Origin: Candidatus Saccharimonadota bacterium
GTDB taxonomy: Bacteria > Pseudomonadota > Gammaproteobacteria > Enterobacterales > Enterobacteriaceae
DNA: 32,000 bases
Assembly (NCBI GenBank): GCA_041941795.1
Contig: CP145872.1
Coordinates: forward strand, 481,179-513,178
Direction: 5' to 3'
In this document: positions 28,585 through 32,000 of the stretch, in pieces
Layout: every line of letters starts with the position of its first letter
Position numbering within the stretch: position 1 is the first letter of the stretch
Made by a program: the position numbers and the translations under genes
The notes under the pieces: generated by a model
The model's input: only the letters and a program-made list of their open reading frames with translations
Told to the model about the DNA's origin: nothing
Database searches by the model: none

Positions 28585-29220
28585 TTAATCTTTTAATAAT
28601 TTACTAATTATATTACTATTACGTTGTACTTGCTGGTGTTTTTTTAAACCTTCGGCATTTACAATGTTCTTTAAATCTGATACTGCTTGTTCATAAATAT
28701 CATTAATAATCAAATAATCATATTCCTGATAGTGTTTAATTTCCGTCACTGCTTGGTCTATGCGTTTAGCAATAGATTGTTGACTTTCTTGTCCCCGATG
28801 ATATAAACGTCTAACTAATTCTTCTTTAGAAGGAGGTAAAATAAAAATACTAGATATAAAAAAGGTAGAAATTTTCTTGCGGATCTGTTGTGCTCCTTGC
28901 CAATTAATATCTAGGAATACATCTACACCGATCGAAAGTACAGGTTCGATGCAGGATCGTGCTGTTCCATAAAAGTGTCCAAATATCCGTACATACTCTA
29001 AAAATTCTCCATCTTTGATCATCTTGATAAATTCTTCATGAGAAATGAAATAATAATGTAGTCCGTGTTTTTCTCCGGAACGTTTTTTTCTAGTGGTATG
29101 GGAAATGGATAGTTGAGCAGAAGAACTGTTTTGGTCTTTTAATACCTGCTGAATTAAACTAGTTTTTCCAGTTCCACTGGGAGCAGAAACTATAAAAAGT
29201 ATCCCTTGAGTTTTAGTCAT
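28585..29220 (-). CDS. gmk: Guanylate kinase
   Basis: [40 protein letters not shown] and EYDYLIIND are colinear with E. coli Gmk. Confidence 0.95.
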   Translation of the reverse strand: MTKTQGILFIVSAPSGTGKTSLIQQVLKDQNSSSAQLSISHTTRKKRSGEKHGLHYYFISHEEFIKMIKDGEFLEYVRIFGHFYGTARSCIEPVLSIGVDVFLDINWQGAQQIRKKISTFFISSIFILPPSKEELVRRLYHRGQESQQSIAKRIDQAVTEIKHYQEYDYLIINDIYEQAVSDLKNIVNAEGLKKHQQVQRNSNIISKLLKD

Positions 29221-29394
29221 GTCTATTTTTCTGTATTGATTTTTTATCTAGATAAAGATAATATGTAGTTTACTACCAAATGAATTTGGCGCATTATAAT
29301 ATAAGTACTTTCTTATCTTTTTAAAGATAAAATTCACAAAATCTCTATTCTAGAGAGATTTTAGTTCAGTTCTTCTTAAAGAAGGAAAAATTAA

Positions 29395-29937
29395 ATGGGG
29401 TTTAATAGTATTCCTGCGGGCTACAATGTGCCCGATGATATTTATGTAATTATCGAAATTCCCGCGAATACTAATAATCTAAAATATGAGATCGATAAAA
29501 AGAGTGGTGCTCTTTATGTAGATAGATTTTTAACTAGTGCTATGTTTTATCCATATAATTATGGATATATAAATCAAACATTAGCTTTAGATGGAGATTG
29601 TCTCGATACTTTGGTACTTACTCCTTATTCTTTACACCCGGGTTCAATCATTCGTTGTCGTCCAGTGAGTATCTTAAACATGACTGATGAGTCTGGTTAT
29701 GATTCCAAGATTATTGCTGTTCCACATAACAAATTAACGGTCGAGTATGATCATATAAAAGATTTAAATGATTTACCAGAATGGATATGCGCAAAAATAG
29801 TGCATTTTTTTGAACATTACAAGGATATGGAACAAAATAAATGGTCTAAGATGATAGGATGGGACAATGTCCAAGCTGCTAAACAGGAAATTATCAAGTG
29901 TTATGAAAGATTAATTAGTCAAAATAGAGAGCAATGA
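29395..29937 (+). CDS. ppa: Inorganic pyrophosphatase
   Basis: [11 protein letters not shown]...[38 protein letters not shown] and HFFEHYKD are colinear with E. coli Ppa. Confidence 0.95.
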   Translation: MGFNSIPAGYNVPDDIYVIIEIPANTNNLKYEIDKKSGALYVDRFLTSAMFYPYNYGYINQTLALDGDCLDTLVLTPYSLHPGSIIRCRPVSILNMTDESGYDSKIIAVPHNKLTVEYDHIKDLNDLPEWICAKIVHFFEHYKDMEQNKWSKMIGWDNVQAAKQEIIKCYERLISQNREQ

Positions 29938-30162
29938 AATTTCTGAAATAGACAGTAAAATGTCTTCTTTTTATAAAAAAAGAATTATTACGTGAGGATG
30001 ACTTACTCTTTAAGTAGTTAAAAGTATTTTTTTAGTGAGATTATATCCAGTTTGTAAGAAAATTTTTTTTTAAAAAAAAGACTTCTCTATTTACCTAGCT
30101 AGTATTGCTATTAGTTAAATAATATAGTAAGATAAATAAGTCAACGTGCTAACCTATTATTT

Positions 30163-30175
30163 AGTTCTTTGACAA
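30163..30175 (+). promoter_or_regulatory. rrn leader boxA-like antitermination element
   Basis: AGTTCTTTGACAA matches the E. coli rrn boxA TGCTCTTTAACAA at 10 of 13 positions. It sits in the expected place, about 140 nt upstream of the mature 16S 5' end and just before the processing-stem sequence. Confidence 0.55.
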
Positions 30176-30193
30176 GAAGGAAGTGAGTAAAAA

Positions 30194-30217
30194 ATTTGAA
30201 TGTGCACTGACGGAGTG
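30194..30217 (+). other. 5' half of the 16S precursor processing stem (RNase III type)
   Basis: ATTTGAATGTGCACTGACGGAGTG is complementary to 31871-31895 (reverse complement ATTTGGATGTGCACTGAACGGAATG). About 22 positions pair, with one bulge and one mismatch, bracketing the 16S. Confidence 0.7.
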
Positions 30218-30310
30218 TGAGATAAGTTCTGTTAAAAAGTTTTAACGGAATGAATAGATTGGAGTTCTTACCTCACTAAGTATAAAAAATCTTATGGGGT
30301 AATAAAATTG

Positions 30311-31859
<1,549 letters not shown>

Positions 31860-31870
31860 AAATTAACGAG

Positions 31871-31895
31871 CATTCCGTTCAGTGCACATCCAAAT
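31871..31895 (+). other. 3' half of the 16S precursor processing stem
   Basis: CATTCCGTTCAGTGCACATCCAAAT pairs with leader positions 30194-30217. Confidence 0.7.
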
Positions 31896-31910
31896 GAGGA
31901 CTATTTTTTA

Positions 31911-31982
31911 GTCCCCTTCGTCTAGAGGTTAGGACCTCGCCCTTTCACGGCGGTAACAGGGGTTCAAATCCCCTAGGGGACA
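31911..31982 (+). tRNA. gltU: tRNA-Glu (anticodon UUC) in the 16S-23S spacer
   Basis: GTCCCCTTCGTCTAGAGGTTAGGAC.TCGCCCTTTCACGGCGGTAACAGGGGTTCAAATCCCCTAGGGGACA is near-identical to E. coli tRNA-Glu. CCA is not encoded (TTA follows). The 23S would lie beyond the window. Confidence 0.95.
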
Positions 31983-32000
31983 TTAAATAAAATTTAATGT

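Noticed and set aside
30169-30198. TTGACA at 30169-30174 as the -35 of an rrn promoter.
   Set aside because: The hexamer is part of the boxA-like element (TTCTTTGACAA), lies inside the leader, and has no properly spaced -10. A promoter interpretation is unlikely.

Overview
This is a visibly AT-rich chromosome segment (roughly 30% G+C by eye, not computed) from a genome-reduced gammaproteobacterium of the Enterobacterales type. The proteins are colinear with E. coli orthologues as I recall them. Gene order is a collapsed mosaic of E. coli K-12 blocks: secA-[mutT lost]-yacG; fmt-def / tsaC-aroE; trpT-hdfR-maoP(dead); trxA-rho-argX-hisR-leuT-proM; dapF(truncated)-[yigA xerC yigB lost]-uvrD-corA; hslVU-[menA rraA zapB glpF lost]-glpK-[glpX lost]-fpr-tpiA; yibN-like; mutM-rpmG-rpmB / dut-[slmA pyrE rph lost]-yicC; rpoZ-gmk; ppa; 16S-tRNA-Glu. 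Housekeeping genes, long dead spacers and small pseudogenes together suggest an obligate, probably insect-associated, endosymbiont. I cannot name the species from the sequence alone. I support about 30 protein genes (two of them too small for the ORF track: yacG and rpmG), 6 tRNAs and one 16S rRNA with its leader elements. I found no CRISPR array, transposase, integrase, phage gene, restriction-modification, toxin-antitoxin or recognisable defence gene, and no convincing novel multi-gene system. This is essentially an ordinary core region of a reduced genome. The most notable points are: (1) mutM is frameshifted inside a T9 tract, and a one-base slip exactly restores the Fpg zinc finger; (2) an intact, non-syntenic OmpA-like plus YsnF/DUF2382-like gene pair with its own strong terminator sits beside the tRNA cluster; (3) a deletion truncates dapF and joins it to uvrD; (4) a decayed maoP lies next to an intact hdfR; (5) rpoZ has a one-base offset between its ancestral ATG and its reading frame; (6) hslVU keeps a textbook sigma-32 promoter; (7) only 2 of the 6 tRNA genes encode their 3' CCA.
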